Assembly: GCA_002495315.1 (NCBI GenBank) | Contig: DAEN01000040.1 | Span: 51,553-115,552, forward strand | Direction of reading: 5' to 3' | DNA: 64,000 bases | Source of the DNA: Thaumarchaeota archaeon UBA141 | GTDB lineage: Archaea; Thermoproteota; Nitrososphaeria; Nitrososphaerales; UBA141 | Shown: in pieces, positions 7,821 through 17,059 of the stretch | Numbering within the stretch: position 1 is the stretch's first letter | How the letters are laid out: each line of letters begins with the position of its first letter | Notes under the pieces: generated by a model | Told to the model about the DNA's origin: nothing | What the model saw: only the letters and a program-made list of their open reading frames with translations | Databases searched by the model: none | Program-made: the position numbers and the translations under genes

Positions 7821-9167
7821 CTAATCTCTTAGTTCTGAAGACAATGCAAGAACTAATTGCTCGATTTCTTCTCTCTTATGAATCTCAGTTACACAAAAGA
7901 GGGCAGAATCTTTAAGGCCTTTGAAATATTGTCCCAGAGGATATGCTGCGTGGATACCTCTAAGGCCTAGCCGTAGATGTAGGTCTGTCGTAGTCCTTTG
8001 TTTTTCCTTCTTCCCTAAAACCTCGACTACAAACTCTTTGAAGAACGCTCCCGTGAACAGCGGGGATTTTACTTCATCCAGGGACGCGATTTGTTCAGCT
8101 GCTAGATGGGAATTTGAAAGAATTTTTGCACCGATCTTCCTAAGGCCTTCACCTCCAATAAGTGAAAGATATGCAGCTACACTTACTGCTAATAGTGATT
8201 GGTTCGTACAGATATTAGATGTAGCTCCCTCTCGCCTGATGTGCTGTTCGCGCGTTTGAAGGATCATACTGAAACCCCTTTGACCATTTTCTTGAGTGGA
8301 AGTTAGACCGATTATTCTGCCAGGCATTTCGCGCAGGAATGATAAGTCTCCGCGTGCCGCGAAGACCCCAATAGTAGGTCCCCCAAAGTTCATGTGAAGT
8401 CCAATTGACTGTCCATCTCCAACTACAATATCTGCTCCATAATCACCAGGAGACTTTAGGACTCCAAGAGAAATCGGATCGATCCCTACGATCATTAGAG
8501 CATCCCGTGAATGGATCTCCTCTGCTAACGACGCCCCTTGCGTCTCGATTACTCCAAAGAAATTTGGATTTTCAATGTAAACTGCTGCTGTATTGTCATC
8601 AAAAAGGTCTAGTATTTTCTCTGTACTCGACTCTCCGGTCTGCCAGTCAAAATCTGCTACCTTGATCTCTATGCTTAGAGGTTTGCAATAGATCTGAAGA
8701 ACATCAAGACGTTCGGGACCACATGAGGCTGAGACAACAATATTTCGTTTGCGTTTTACTCTTACCGCCATCCTGGCCGCTTCCCCTAATGCGGACGCCC
8801 AATCATACATGGAACAGTTGGCGGCATCCATGCCTGTAATATCACAAATAAGGCTCTGATACTCAAAAAGGGTCTGAAGCATTCCTTGACTTATTTCAGG
8901 TTGATACGGAGTGTACGCAGTGTAGAACTCAGATCTCGACGTGATCGCATCCACTGCAGCGGGGACATAATGTGGTGCTATGCCTCCCCCAAGAAAACAA
9001 GGATATTCTGGATATGTTCTATTTTTGTTGAGGATTTTCTCAACATTACTAGATAATTCCCACTCAGTTGAAGAGGGGGGTAGTTTCAGAGGTTTAGACA
9101 GACGAAGGTGTTCTGGAATATCTGAAAAGAGTTCCTCAATTGAGCTAACACCAATCTCATTAAGCAT
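7821..9167 (-). CDS. gcvPA: Glycine dehydrogenase (decarboxylating) subunit 1; the true start is probably upstream (to about 9224)
   Basis: 448 aa from the first ATG. The conserved N-terminal HHYLPNSPDHITRQ is encoded in frame immediately upstream, with no ATG, GTG or TTG available (see findings). Confidence 0.9.
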   Translation of the reverse strand: MLNEIGVSSIEELFSDIPEHLRLSKPLKLPPSSTEWELSSNVEKILNKNRTYPEYPCFLGGGIAPHYVPAAVDAITSRSEFYTAYTPYQPEISQGMLQTLFEYQSLICDITGMDAANCSMYDWASALGEAARMAVRVKRKRNIVVSASCGPERLDVLQIYCKPLSIEIKVADFDWQTGESSTEKILDLFDDNTAAVYIENPNFFGVIETQGASLAEEIHSRDALMIVGIDPISLGVLKSPGDYGADIVVGDGQSIGLHMNFGGPTIGVFAARGDLSFLREMPGRIIGLTSTQENGQRGFSMILQTREQHIRREGATSNICTNQSLLAVSVAAYLSLIGGEGLRKIGAKILSNSHLAAEQIASLDEVKSPLFTGAFFKEFVVEVLGKKEKQRTTTDLHLRLGLRGIHAAYPLGQYFKGLKDSALFCVTEIHKREEIEQLVLALSSELRD

Positions 9168-9325
9168 TTGACGCGTTATGTGATCAGGAGAATTGGGCAG
9201 GTAATGATGCCTTGTTTTTTCTATCTTAACCAGTTAGTGGTCACACTAACCCCTTGATATCATAATGCTAGATAAAAAGCCCTCCACCAAGGAAAGCAAT
9301 AAACCAAACAGAGTGGCGCAAGGAA

Positions 9326-10018
9326 TTGCTTATAGGTTATAGTAGTTGTCCGAAATTGGATCCATTGACTCTCGTTAACGTTGAGGAACCACGAAAACCC
9401 AACTTCATTGACGAATGGCTTGTGGAATATTTTATTGACTATGCTATTCCATCTAAACGACTGGGTTTTGGAAAGACCCCTGCTATTCTAATTATAGACT
9501 TCCAGAAGAACATTCGAGAAACTGGTCTTATAGGAAGAGCAATTCAGAATACTGCAATCCTTCTAGAGAAGGCAAGAGAGAAACATATTCCACTGTTTTA
9601 CAGTGTTATAGGTTTCAGAGCAGATATGAAGGATTTTGTGCCAAACAAAATGACTACGTTGACCGGACATATTGTGGGAACAGATAGTGTAGAAGTGATC
9701 GATAAATTGGAACCCAAAGACGACGACGTAATCATTACGAAGAAGACGAATTCAATGTTTATTGGTACGGACTTGGCGCTTTACCTAAACCGAATGAGAG
9801 TCGATACTCTTATCATAACTGGCTGTCATACTGGAGGTTGCGTCAGAGCCAGTGCTACTGATTCATATAGCTTGGGTTATCGAACTATTCTCCCTGAGGA
9901 ATGCGTTGGTGACGGAAAAGGCCTCATTCCTCATAAATCTAATTTGTGTGATCTTCACATACGGGGAGCAGACGTCATTACAATTCGTGAAACAATGGAA
10001 TATCTAGATCAATTCTGA
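9326..10018 (+). CDS. Isochorismatase-family cysteine hydrolase
   Basis: PAILIIDFQ (Asp), ITKKTNSMF (Lys) and LIITGCHTGGCV (Cys) form the triad pattern. The start is uncertain (TTG 9326, with no nearby ATG). Confidence 0.7.
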   Translation: MLIGYSSCPKLDPLTLVNVEEPRKPNFIDEWLVEYFIDYAIPSKRLGFGKTPAILIIDFQKNIRETGLIGRAIQNTAILLEKAREKHIPLFYSVIGFRADMKDFVPNKMTTLTGHIVGTDSVEVIDKLEPKDDDVIITKKTNSMFIGTDLALYLNRMRVDTLIITGCHTGGCVRASATDSYSLGYRTILPEECVGDGKGLIPHKSNLCDLHIRGADVITIRETMEYLDQF

Positions 10019-10286
10019 GGAAAGAACCAGTCTCTCTAAAGAGTGAACAGGTATTCAAGCACTTGGGTAATGTTTCCCAATTAATAAAAAACCACCATTC
10101 TTTCTTATCATCGTTAGTACCGCTTCTGAGTTGTTAGTCCAGGAAATCATATTAAGACTAGACTAGGTAACCAACCCTTCCCCAAATATTACAGATTTCT
10201 TTACATAATTACTTAGTAAATATAAGCAATTCAACAGAATATTTAATAGAGTAACGTAAACCCGCTACTTGTCGTTCATCTTGTCA

Positions 10287-10514
10287 ATGGCCTTTGTCCT
10301 TATCAATGCAGACCTTGGAGCAGAGGAAGATCTAGTCAAAGAGCTGAGAAGTATCGAGAACGTGAAAGAAGTCTTCGTAGTCTACGGCGTCTATGACATT
10401 GTCGCAAAGATAGAGGGTCCATCAATGGAAAAAGTGAAAGAGACTATTACCTGGAAGATTCGTCGATTAGAGAAGGTAAGATCTACCTTAACCATGATAG
10501 TAGTAGAGAGCTAA
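10287..10514 (+). CDS. Stand-alone Lrp/AsnC-type ligand-binding (RAM) domain protein
   Basis: ~75 aa. MAFVLINADLGAEEDLVKELRSIENVKEVFVVYGVYDIVAKIE fits a beta-alpha-beta-beta-alpha-beta RAM domain. No HTH is present. The track ORF starts at TTG 10269. Confidence 0.6.
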   Translation: MAFVLINADLGAEEDLVKELRSIENVKEVFVVYGVYDIVAKIEGPSMEKVKETITWKIRRLEKVRSTLTMIVVES

Positions 10515-10523
10515 CACTACCTT

Positions 10524-11858
10524 TTGCAATGCCATCTTGGAATCGATGATACTGATAGCCAAGCTGGGGGATGTACCACATACATCGCTTCGTTAATTAT
10601 AGAAAAGCTAGGTAAATTAGGCGCACAGTTTACTGACTATCCGAATCTGATTAGGCTAAATCCTAACATCCCCTATAAAACACGTGGAAACGCAGCGATA
10701 GCATTACGGTTCAAAGTTCCAGCGCCTGAGAAAGCTTTTGCAGCAGCAAAATGGATTCTACGAAATTCGTTATTACCCACTGATCCATTAAACCAAAAAC
10801 CTGAACCCGGTCTTGTCCTCTTCATAGGGGACAGGATCCCTTCCATGCTAAGAATTTTTTCTCAAGAAGCCTTGCAGACTGTCCTCTCTATATCAAGAGC
10901 TCGAGATTTGATTAAACAATTGCATCTGAGATCCTTTTCAACTAACGGTGGAAGAGGGTTGATAGGTGCAGTTGCTGCTATAGGAAATCCTCTCAATGAA
11001 GATCACACTTTTGAGTTAATCTGTTATAGACACCCCAAAAATTGGGGCTTTCTTCGTAAAATAGGTAAAGCTTCGGTCTTCGAGATGGACTCGGTCTTCC
11101 GCTCTAGTACATTCAATAATTCGGATCCGAAGTCGTCACGAATATTAATTGCTCCGCGGGGACCAGATCCAGTACTTCTAGGCATTAGAGGCGAAACTCC
11201 ATCTAGCCTTATGAATGCCATCCGGATGTTAGATTTGGATGAGCAAGTGCAAGGATATGTAATCTATAGGAGCAATCAGGGGACATCTGAACATTTACAA
11301 ACGCTCAAAGGGTTACAGCCACACGAGGCTGGTAGTGTTCGCGGTACGGTAATGGATCATCCACGGATTGAGCGTGGGGGCCACGTCTTTTTTGAGCTTT
11401 CTACAAAACTGGGATCGCTGAAATGTGCAGCATATGAACCATCAGATTCCTTACGTCAAAAAGTATTATTGCTCGAAAAAGGCGATAGAGTTCAAGTTGG
11501 AGGCGGCATTCGACCCGCGAGCAGTACTGATGCTTTGGTCCTAAATCTGGAGTTTCTACTAGTAGAAGAATGTATACCGGTCTATAGGACATTCAACCCT
11601 CTTTGCCTTGTCTGTGGAGGCAGCATGACTTCTATGGGTTATCGCCAAGGGCTTCGATGTCGCAAATGCCGTGCCCGCGTTCCGCCTATACCTAAACTTA
11701 GAGTCACCCAACCAAGGAACATAGCCCCTGGCTTTTACCTTCCACCTCCTCGATCCCAGAGACATTTAACCAAGCCAATAAAGCGTTTTGGGAAAGAACG
11801 CCGACGGCCATATAGACGTCTTTTGGAGGCATGGTATGGCAATGTGTCTAGTTTATGA
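10524..11858 (+). CDS. tiaS: tRNA(Ile2) 2-agmatinylcytidine synthetase TiaS
   Basis: 444 aa with an N-terminal GIDDTDSQAGGCTTY motif and a C-terminal zinc ribbon (CLVCGG...CRKCRAR). The start is TTG. Confidence 0.8.
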   Translation: MQCHLGIDDTDSQAGGCTTYIASLIIEKLGKLGAQFTDYPNLIRLNPNIPYKTRGNAAIALRFKVPAPEKAFAAAKWILRNSLLPTDPLNQKPEPGLVLFIGDRIPSMLRIFSQEALQTVLSISRARDLIKQLHLRSFSTNGGRGLIGAVAAIGNPLNEDHTFELICYRHPKNWGFLRKIGKASVFEMDSVFRSSTFNNSDPKSSRILIAPRGPDPVLLGIRGETPSSLMNAIRMLDLDEQVQGYVIYRSNQGTSEHLQTLKGLQPHEAGSVRGTVMDHPRIERGGHVFFELSTKLGSLKCAAYEPSDSLRQKVLLLEKGDRVQVGGGIRPASSTDALVLNLEFLLVEECIPVYRTFNPLCLVCGGSMTSMGYRQGLRCRKCRARVPPIPKLRVTQPRNIAPGFYLPPPRSQRHLTKPIKRFGKERRRPYRRLLEAWYGNVSSL

Positions 11859-11958
11859 AAATTTTCTAACATGGAGTAATTGTAAATTATGGGATCAAAT
11901 AATATTCGTCGTTTTCTTCTGTTAAGATTACGAAAAAAGAAATCGAAGTCGATAACCA

Positions 11959-12552
11959 ATGCACCGACCACTTGTTCCCCTTCCTTTGGAATTTTACCAA
12001 AGAGAAACAGCTGATGTAGCCAAAGCTTTGCTTGGAAAGGTGGTCATACACGAGTCGGACTCCCAGCTTCTCTCAGGCCGTATAGTCGAGGTCGAAGCCT
12101 ATGGAGGAAAGGAGGATCCAGCTAGCCACGCCCACCGAAATAAGACGTCGCGGAATTCTGTAATGTTTGGAAGACCAGGATGTGCTTACATTTACTTCAT
12201 CTATGGAACCCACTACTGCCTTAACGTAGTCGCTCACGATGTTGGCGTTCCGGGGGCTGCGCTAATAAGAGCACTAGAGCCTTTGGATGGAATTGCATTA
12301 ATGAAAAAGAACCGTGGAATTCAGGATACGCGGCAATTAATGGCTGGTCCAGGAAGACTAACAAAAGCTCTTAATATAGGAATCAAAATGAGTGGGGTCG
12401 ATCTTACGAGATCAAGGAAGCTGTTCATAACTGAGGATAAAAGCTACAAAGAGATCAACATTGATTCCTCTCCTCGCATTGGAATTAGAGTAGGAATGGA
12501 TAGAGCCTGGAGATTCAATGTACGAGGAAACCAATTCGTCTCTAGGAGATGA
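11959..12552 (+). CDS. DNA-3-methyladenine glycosylase (MPG/AAG family)
   Basis: 197 aa. ALLGKVVIH...GRIVEVEAYGGKEDPASHA...GCAYIYFIYGTHYCLNVV is typical of the MPG family. Confidence 0.85.
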   Translation: MHRPLVPLPLEFYQRETADVAKALLGKVVIHESDSQLLSGRIVEVEAYGGKEDPASHAHRNKTSRNSVMFGRPGCAYIYFIYGTHYCLNVVAHDVGVPGAALIRALEPLDGIALMKKNRGIQDTRQLMAGPGRLTKALNIGIKMSGVDLTRSRKLFITEDKSYKEINIDSSPRIGIRVGMDRAWRFNVRGNQFVSRR

Positions 12553-12697
12553 AATATTCCTCAAGGTCATGGAATCTAGTCACGATCTCCTTCGCAATCT
12601 TAGTCATGGCACGAAAAAGTCAACGTGATTGGAAACATACATTATAGACTTGGTCAATAAAGCAGCCTCGAATCCCTAAGATGTTACGGATCTTGAC

Positions 12698-12725
12698 AAT
12701 GTGAAAATACTAATGTGAAAACACT
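12698..12725 (+). repeat. Two tandem 14-bp direct repeats (AATGTGAAAATACT / AATGTGAAAACACT) upstream of the HAD gene
   Basis: 13 of 14 positions are identical and the copies are directly adjacent. They lie 44-71 nt upstream of ATG 12769. Confidence 0.35.
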
Positions 12726-12768
12726 ATACACGATGCAGAAAAATCCTCAATGTTACCTGCTGATTTAG

Positions 12769-13422
12769 ATGACAAAAGTGATCGCTTTCGATTGGGACGG
12801 TGTACTTCTAGATTCACGAGTGCAAGTTCTCAAAGTCTATAATCGAATCTTGGATAATTTCGACCTTCCTCCAGTGACCATGGACTTCCTGAGGAGTAAA
12901 GGGAGCTCTAGATGGTACACCTTCTACGAAAGGATGGGGATACATGAAAAAGACTGGCCGGAAGCAGATCGACTCTGGATAGAGTTCTACAAAGGGTACA
13001 ATCCACAGCTATATTCTGATGTTCGACCTGTATTATCTTACCTAAAACAAGAATCAAAAAACAAGATTGCATTAGTTTCAAATGGCCAAGAAGCTCGAGT
13101 TATGCGCGAATTGGTGAAGTTTGGTGTACAAAACTATTTCGATATTACTGCCTTTAGTACTCAAAAAGATATGATGAAGCCATCGCCATTTCTGATTCTT
13201 GGGGTAATAAAGAAGGTTAAGGTTGAACCACACGAGGTTCTCTATGTAGGGGATACACCTGAAGATATCTTGGCAGCTAAAGCGGCAGGAGTTAGCTCAG
13301 CTGCTATTTCAGAAGGTTTTGCCACGAGAGAACGATTGTTTGCTGAAACACCTAATTATCTGTTCAATAGCCTGAGCAAGATGGCAGAGAGTCTTTACGG
13401 CTATCGAGTTCCTCCTTTGTGA
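12769..13422 (+). CDS. HAD-superfamily hydrolase (phosphoglycolate phosphatase-like)
   Basis: 217 aa with motif I (VIAFDWDGVLLDS), motif II (ALVSNG) and motif IV (YVGDTPEDILAAKAAG). Confidence 0.7.
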   Translation: MTKVIAFDWDGVLLDSRVQVLKVYNRILDNFDLPPVTMDFLRSKGSSRWYTFYERMGIHEKDWPEADRLWIEFYKGYNPQLYSDVRPVLSYLKQESKNKIALVSNGQEARVMRELVKFGVQNYFDITAFSTQKDMMKPSPFLILGVIKKVKVEPHEVLYVGDTPEDILAAKAAGVSSAAISEGFATRERLFAETPNYLFNSLSKMAESLYGYRVPPL

Positions 13423-13486
13423 TTAACTAAACACAGATTTCATATATCGATAAAGGTTAAGTAAGCTAGACGAACGATAATAACTC

Positions 13487-13603
13487 AGCCGGCCATAGGG
13501 GCGGGGTCCCACCCGGTCTCGTTCCGAACCCGGAAGTTAAACCCGTCACCGCCATCGTGTTAGTGAGGTCCGGAAGGTCTCGCGAAGCGGTGGTGCCGGC
13601 GCC
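13487..13603 (+). rRNA. rrf: 5S ribosomal RNA (not linked to a 16S-23S operon in this window)
   Basis: GCCGGCCAUAGGGGCGGGGUCCCACCCGGUCUCGUUCCGAACCCGGAAGUUAAAC... matches the 5S loop B/C consensus. Terminal GCCGGC/GCCGGC pairing closes helix I. The ends are good to within a few nt. Confidence 0.85.
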
Positions 13604-13715
13604 TCATATTATCATGATTTCTCTTCAAAGAAGAGAGCGCAAAGCTGATAATGGATGACGAATTGGGACTGTTAGAGCGGCAAAATCCCTTAACTTCCAA
13701 AGGTTGTCGCTTAGT

Positions 13716-13808
13716 GGGTCGGTAGCTCAGACAGGTAGAGCATGGGAATGCTCCTAAAGCATCGGGCTTTTAACCCGGGGGTCGCGGGTCCGAATCCCGC
13801 CCGACCCG
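13716..13808 (+). tRNA. tRNA-Lys(UUU) with a 19-nt intron at the D-arm/anticodon-stem junction (non-canonical)
   Basis: Folded by hand. Acceptor is GGGUCGG/CCGACCC, D arm GCUC-AGACAGGUA-GAGC, anticodon arm UCGGG-CUUUUAA-CCCGG and T arm GCGGG-UCCGAAU-CCCGC. The 19 extra nt (UGGGAAUGCUCCUAAAGCA) sit after position ~26, and intron AUGCUC pairs with exon GAGCAU. No CCA is encoded. Confidence 0.85.
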
Positions 13809-13875
13809 CTCATTTCTTATTGAGCTAGCAAAAGGAGGTTTCACTTGAGAGGCAGCGTATAAACATGGTTAAGGC

Positions 13876-14343
13876 TCATGCGCGTACATTGGGAAGGACG
13901 TACTTTTGTTCGCGCCATATCTTCTTCATTTCGATAAAGGTTTCAGTGTGGAGGACGCCTTTTATGCGGCCGATCTTTGAAGAGACTACCTCGTGCAATT
14001 CTTCTAGGGAACGAGATTTCGCCTCGACAATTAGGTCGAACCTGCCTGTCACCTCAATTATTTGTCTTACTTCAGGTAGCTCTGTCAGGTCTTTCATAAT
14101 CGTCTCACTAAATCTTGAATCAATATTCAGACCTGTGACTACCGTCACAAAGTAGCCTAGCTTCTCCTCATTTATTTCCGCCGTAAATCTCTTTATTATA
14201 TTCCGTTTGATCAGCCGCTTGATTCTGCTGTATACGACTGAGGAATTTACATTAATTTTCTTGCTGAGTCTTGGGACTGATAAGCTAGCGTCTTTGATTA
14301 GCTCTGTCAAGATTTTGATGTCTATGTCATCAATTTTCCCCAA
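13876..14343 (-). CDS. Lrp/AsnC family transcriptional regulator
   Basis: An HTH (DIDIKILTELIKDASLSVPRLSKKINVNSSVVYSRIKRL) is followed by a RAM domain. The likely start is TTG 14343 (M-GKIDDIDIKIL); the track ORF extends to GTG 14427. Confidence 0.8.
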   Translation of the reverse strand: MGKIDDIDIKILTELIKDASLSVPRLSKKINVNSSVVYSRIKRLIKRNIIKRFTAEINEEKLGYFVTVVTGLNIDSRFSETIMKDLTELPEVRQIIEVTGRFDLIVEAKSRSLEELHEVVSSKIGRIKGVLHTETFIEMKKIWREQKYVLPNVRA

Positions 14344-14456
14344 GTACTTCTCCCCGTACCTCAAACTTTTTAGAAAAGAAGTTAATAAACTTAAATCTTT
14401 ATCATTATTTTGAAAGGAAATGACCACGCTGTTCTTTTTCTAGAATGATTTACTAG

Positions 14457-15581
14457 CTAAATGTAATTCTCTTTAACTAGCATTTCAGCCGTGAGTACAG
14501 CTCCTTTAGCTGCACCCATTCTTGTATTATGACTTACCAGTACATATTTGATACCATTCTTCATCGCATCGTCTTCTCTTATACGTCCCACGACAGTAGC
14601 CATTCCACCATGGGTGTCTCTGTCTCTGCGCGGTTGAGGTCTGTACGGATCCTCTTGTAAGACTATCATCCGTTCTGGTGCACTGGGAAGGCCGCTCTTG
14701 TCAAGAACAGAAGCAAAAGAGTTCATGGCTTTCTTCACTTCTCCAGGGGGACATGGCTTCTCAGTTGAAACAAAGACTGACTCGGTGTGACCATCTTTTA
14801 CATTTACACGCATACAGGTGCAGCTAATCTTTACCGACGCGGCTTGAATACCTTCAGCTTCCACCGTTCCTAGGATTTTTCTACCCTCATGCATTACTTT
14901 CTCTTCCTCTTTCGGTATGAAAGGAATCACGTTGTCAATTATGTCAAGTGCTCTGACGCCAGGGCTTCTTCCTGCTCCTGAAAGAGCTTGGAGAGACGTC
15001 ATCAATACGGCCTTCAATCCAAATTCGTCTAGCAGTGGCTTGAGCGTAACTGCGAGACCAGTGACTGTACAGTTGGGAATTGGAGCAACGAAGCCTTTCC
15101 ACCCTCTCCGTAATCTCTGGTGGGTGATGAGCTTTGCATGATCAGAGTTGATCCCTGGAATTAGAAGAGGAACGTCTTCTTCATATCTAAAGGCGGAGGC
15201 GGTGCTTATGACAGGGGTCGTTTTTGCAAAATGTGTCTCCAAGAGCAAGGCACTATCAGACTCTACTCCTGTAAAAATAACGTCGTAGTCCGAAGCTTTC
15301 AGCTTTTCGGCGTCTTGAACTTGTAAGTTTGCCCATTCTTCTGGCAGTTGTTCTTCGCAATACCAACGTAAAGCTCCAGCGTCATCCTGGAGAGCTTCAG
15401 CATAAGATTTACCCGCAGAACGTCCTGAGGCAGCAAGACCGCTGACGCGAAACCATGGATGGCCGAGAAGGGATCCGAGAAATTGCTGGCCTACAATTCC
15501 AGTAGCTCCTACTACAGCTGCATTCAGCACAGAAATATTATCACGATTGGTCTTAATTACTTTTACACGGTAGGACTTCAA
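14457..15581 (-). CDS. asd: Aspartate-semialdehyde dehydrogenase
   Basis: 374 aa with AAVVGATGIVGQ NAD(P)-binding and IPNCTVTG active-site Cys regions. It is last in the hom-ask-asd run. An alternative GTG start lies at 15530. Confidence 0.85.
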   Translation of the reverse strand: MKSYRVKVIKTNRDNISVLNAAVVGATGIVGQQFLGSLLGHPWFRVSGLAASGRSAGKSYAEALQDDAGALRWYCEEQLPEEWANLQVQDAEKLKASDYDVIFTGVESDSALLLETHFAKTTPVISTASAFRYEEDVPLLIPGINSDHAKLITHQRLRRGWKGFVAPIPNCTVTGLAVTLKPLLDEFGLKAVLMTSLQALSGAGRSPGVRALDIIDNVIPFIPKEEEKVMHEGRKILGTVEAEGIQAASVKISCTCMRVNVKDGHTESVFVSTEKPCPPGEVKKAMNSFASVLDKSGLPSAPERMIVLQEDPYRPQPRRDRDTHGGMATVVGRIREDDAMKNGIKYVLVSHNTRMGAAKGAVLTAEMLVKENYI

Positions 15582-15640
15582 GCTACACAGGGTCTTGAAC
15601 TTCTGCAGTTTTTGACAGGAGTAGTTACTCGACGCCCTGT

Positions 15641-17059
15641 TTAGTAATTATTCATCTCTAGCTTGAACTTTTTGTGAATTACGCGGAGAGCTTCTTCACA
15701 GTCTTGCTCTTGCACTGCAAAGGAGATGTTAAGCTCAGAAGATCCTTGAGCAACCATTCTCACGTTTATACCATGTGATGCAACTGCACCAAAAACCTTA
15801 GCTGCTATTCCCGGTGTGCCCCTCATTCCGGCGCCAAGTACAGAAATGACACTGACATTGTCTTCAGCCCTAACTTCTCTGATTAACCCTTTTCCCAGGA
15901 AAGCTATCTCAAGTACGCTTACAGTTCGCGCAGAAAGGTTCCGACTGACTAGAAACGTGATGTTTGCCTCAGATACGCTCTGTGAGATCATGAGGATGTT
16001 GATTCCATTCTTTCCCAGTATATCGAATATACGACCGGCCATCCCCGGCCTACCGACCATTTCTGTACCTGAGACATTTATCATTGCCACATCTCTAATG
16101 AGTCCAAGAGCTTTTACTATTCGCTTGGAGGGAACCATCTCAGTTTCGGCAATAAGAGTTCCAGAGCTCTTTGGATTGAAGGTATTTTTGATCCGTATTG
16201 GTATTTTTTTCTCTGCAGCTGGAATAAGGGCCTTGGGATGCATTGCTTTAGCCCCGAAAGCTACCATTTCGATCGCTTCTAAGTAAGAAATAGTGGAAAG
16301 TAGGCGAGCCTCAGGGACAAGTCGCGGATCCGAAGTCATAAAGCCATCCACATCTGTCAAGATCCAGACCTCATCGAAATCTAGAGAATCACCTATTATG
16401 GTAGCCGTATAATCGGAACCTCCTCTTCCCAGAGTAGTGTAATTTCCATTTTGATTTGCCGCTACAAATCCTGTAATTACCGGGATAGTCTCCCTGCGCA
16501 ATATTTTTCCAACTTCTCGTCTTACACTTTCGCGTGTCTGCTCTTTCAGAGGGCTAGCATCCCCAAAAATATCGTCAGTAACGATCCCTGCTTCTTTTCC
16601 GGTGATTGACTTCGCCTTCAACCCGAGGTCTTGCAATACCGTCTCAAATATTGGTACCAAAAGTTGTTCTCCAAACGAGAGGATATGGTCTTTTGAACGC
16701 GGTGTGAGCTCCCTTAGAATTGCTATACCTGTAAAAACCTCCTCGAGATCATGTAGTTGTTTCTTGAGCTTCTTCTCTGCTTGACGTTGCAAATCGGAGT
16801 TTTCTGTTCCAAGTTGTATTGCTAAAAGATGCCTTTCATACAGATCTCTGACGAATTTTTGTATGGGGTCAGCACCTCTATTGCTCACCTCCGAAGCCAT
16901 CGTTAACAAGCTGTCTGTAACTCCTTCCATGGCAGAACTTACTACAGTGATCTGGTTCTGAGTACTCTCCTTGGCAACGATCTCAGCAGCGCGTCTGATC
17001 ATAGTTCCATTAGCAACAGAACTTCCGCCGAATTTCATGACGATCTTCATTCGAATCAC
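15641..17059 (-). CDS. Aspartate kinase
   Basis: 472 aa with KIVMKFGGSSV, amino-acid kinase motifs and two C-terminal ACT-like repeats. The GTG start overlaps the hom stop (GTGA); an alternative ATG lies at 17050. Confidence 0.9.
   Translation of the reverse strand: MIRMKIVMKFGGSSVANGTMIRRAAEIVAKESTQNQITVVSSAMEGVTDSLLTMASEVSNRGADPIQKFVRDLYERHLLAIQLGTENSDLQRQAEKKLKKQLHDLEEVFTGIAILRELTPRSKDHILSFGEQLLVPIFETVLQDLGLKAKSITGKEAGIVTDDIFGDASPLKEQTRESVRREVGKILRRETIPVITGFVAANQNGNYTTLGRGGSDYTATIIGDSLDFDEVWILTDVDGFMTSDPRLVPEARLLSTISYLEAIEMVAFGAKAMHPKALIPAAEKKIPIRIKNTFNPKSSGTLIAETEMVPSKRIVKALGLIRDVAMINVSGTEMVGRPGMAGRIFDILGKNGINILMISQSVSEANITFLVSRNLSARTVSVLEIAFLGKGLIREVRAEDNVSVISVLGAGMRGTPGIAAKVFGAVASHGINVRMVAQGSSELNISFAVQEQDCEEALRVIHKKFKLEMNNY

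Noticed and set aside
13865-14155. 96-aa plus-strand ORF next to tRNA-Lys
   Set aside because: It is entirely antisense to the well-supported Lrp/AsnC regulator gene (13876..14343) and has no recognisable features.
14457-15581. Asd homolog acting as a malonyl-CoA or succinyl-CoA reductase of an HP/HB-type carbon fixation cycle
   Set aside because: It is the last gene of a tight hom-ask-asd run, which fits the ordinary biosynthetic aspartate-semialdehyde dehydrogenase. Nothing in the sequence supports the alternative.
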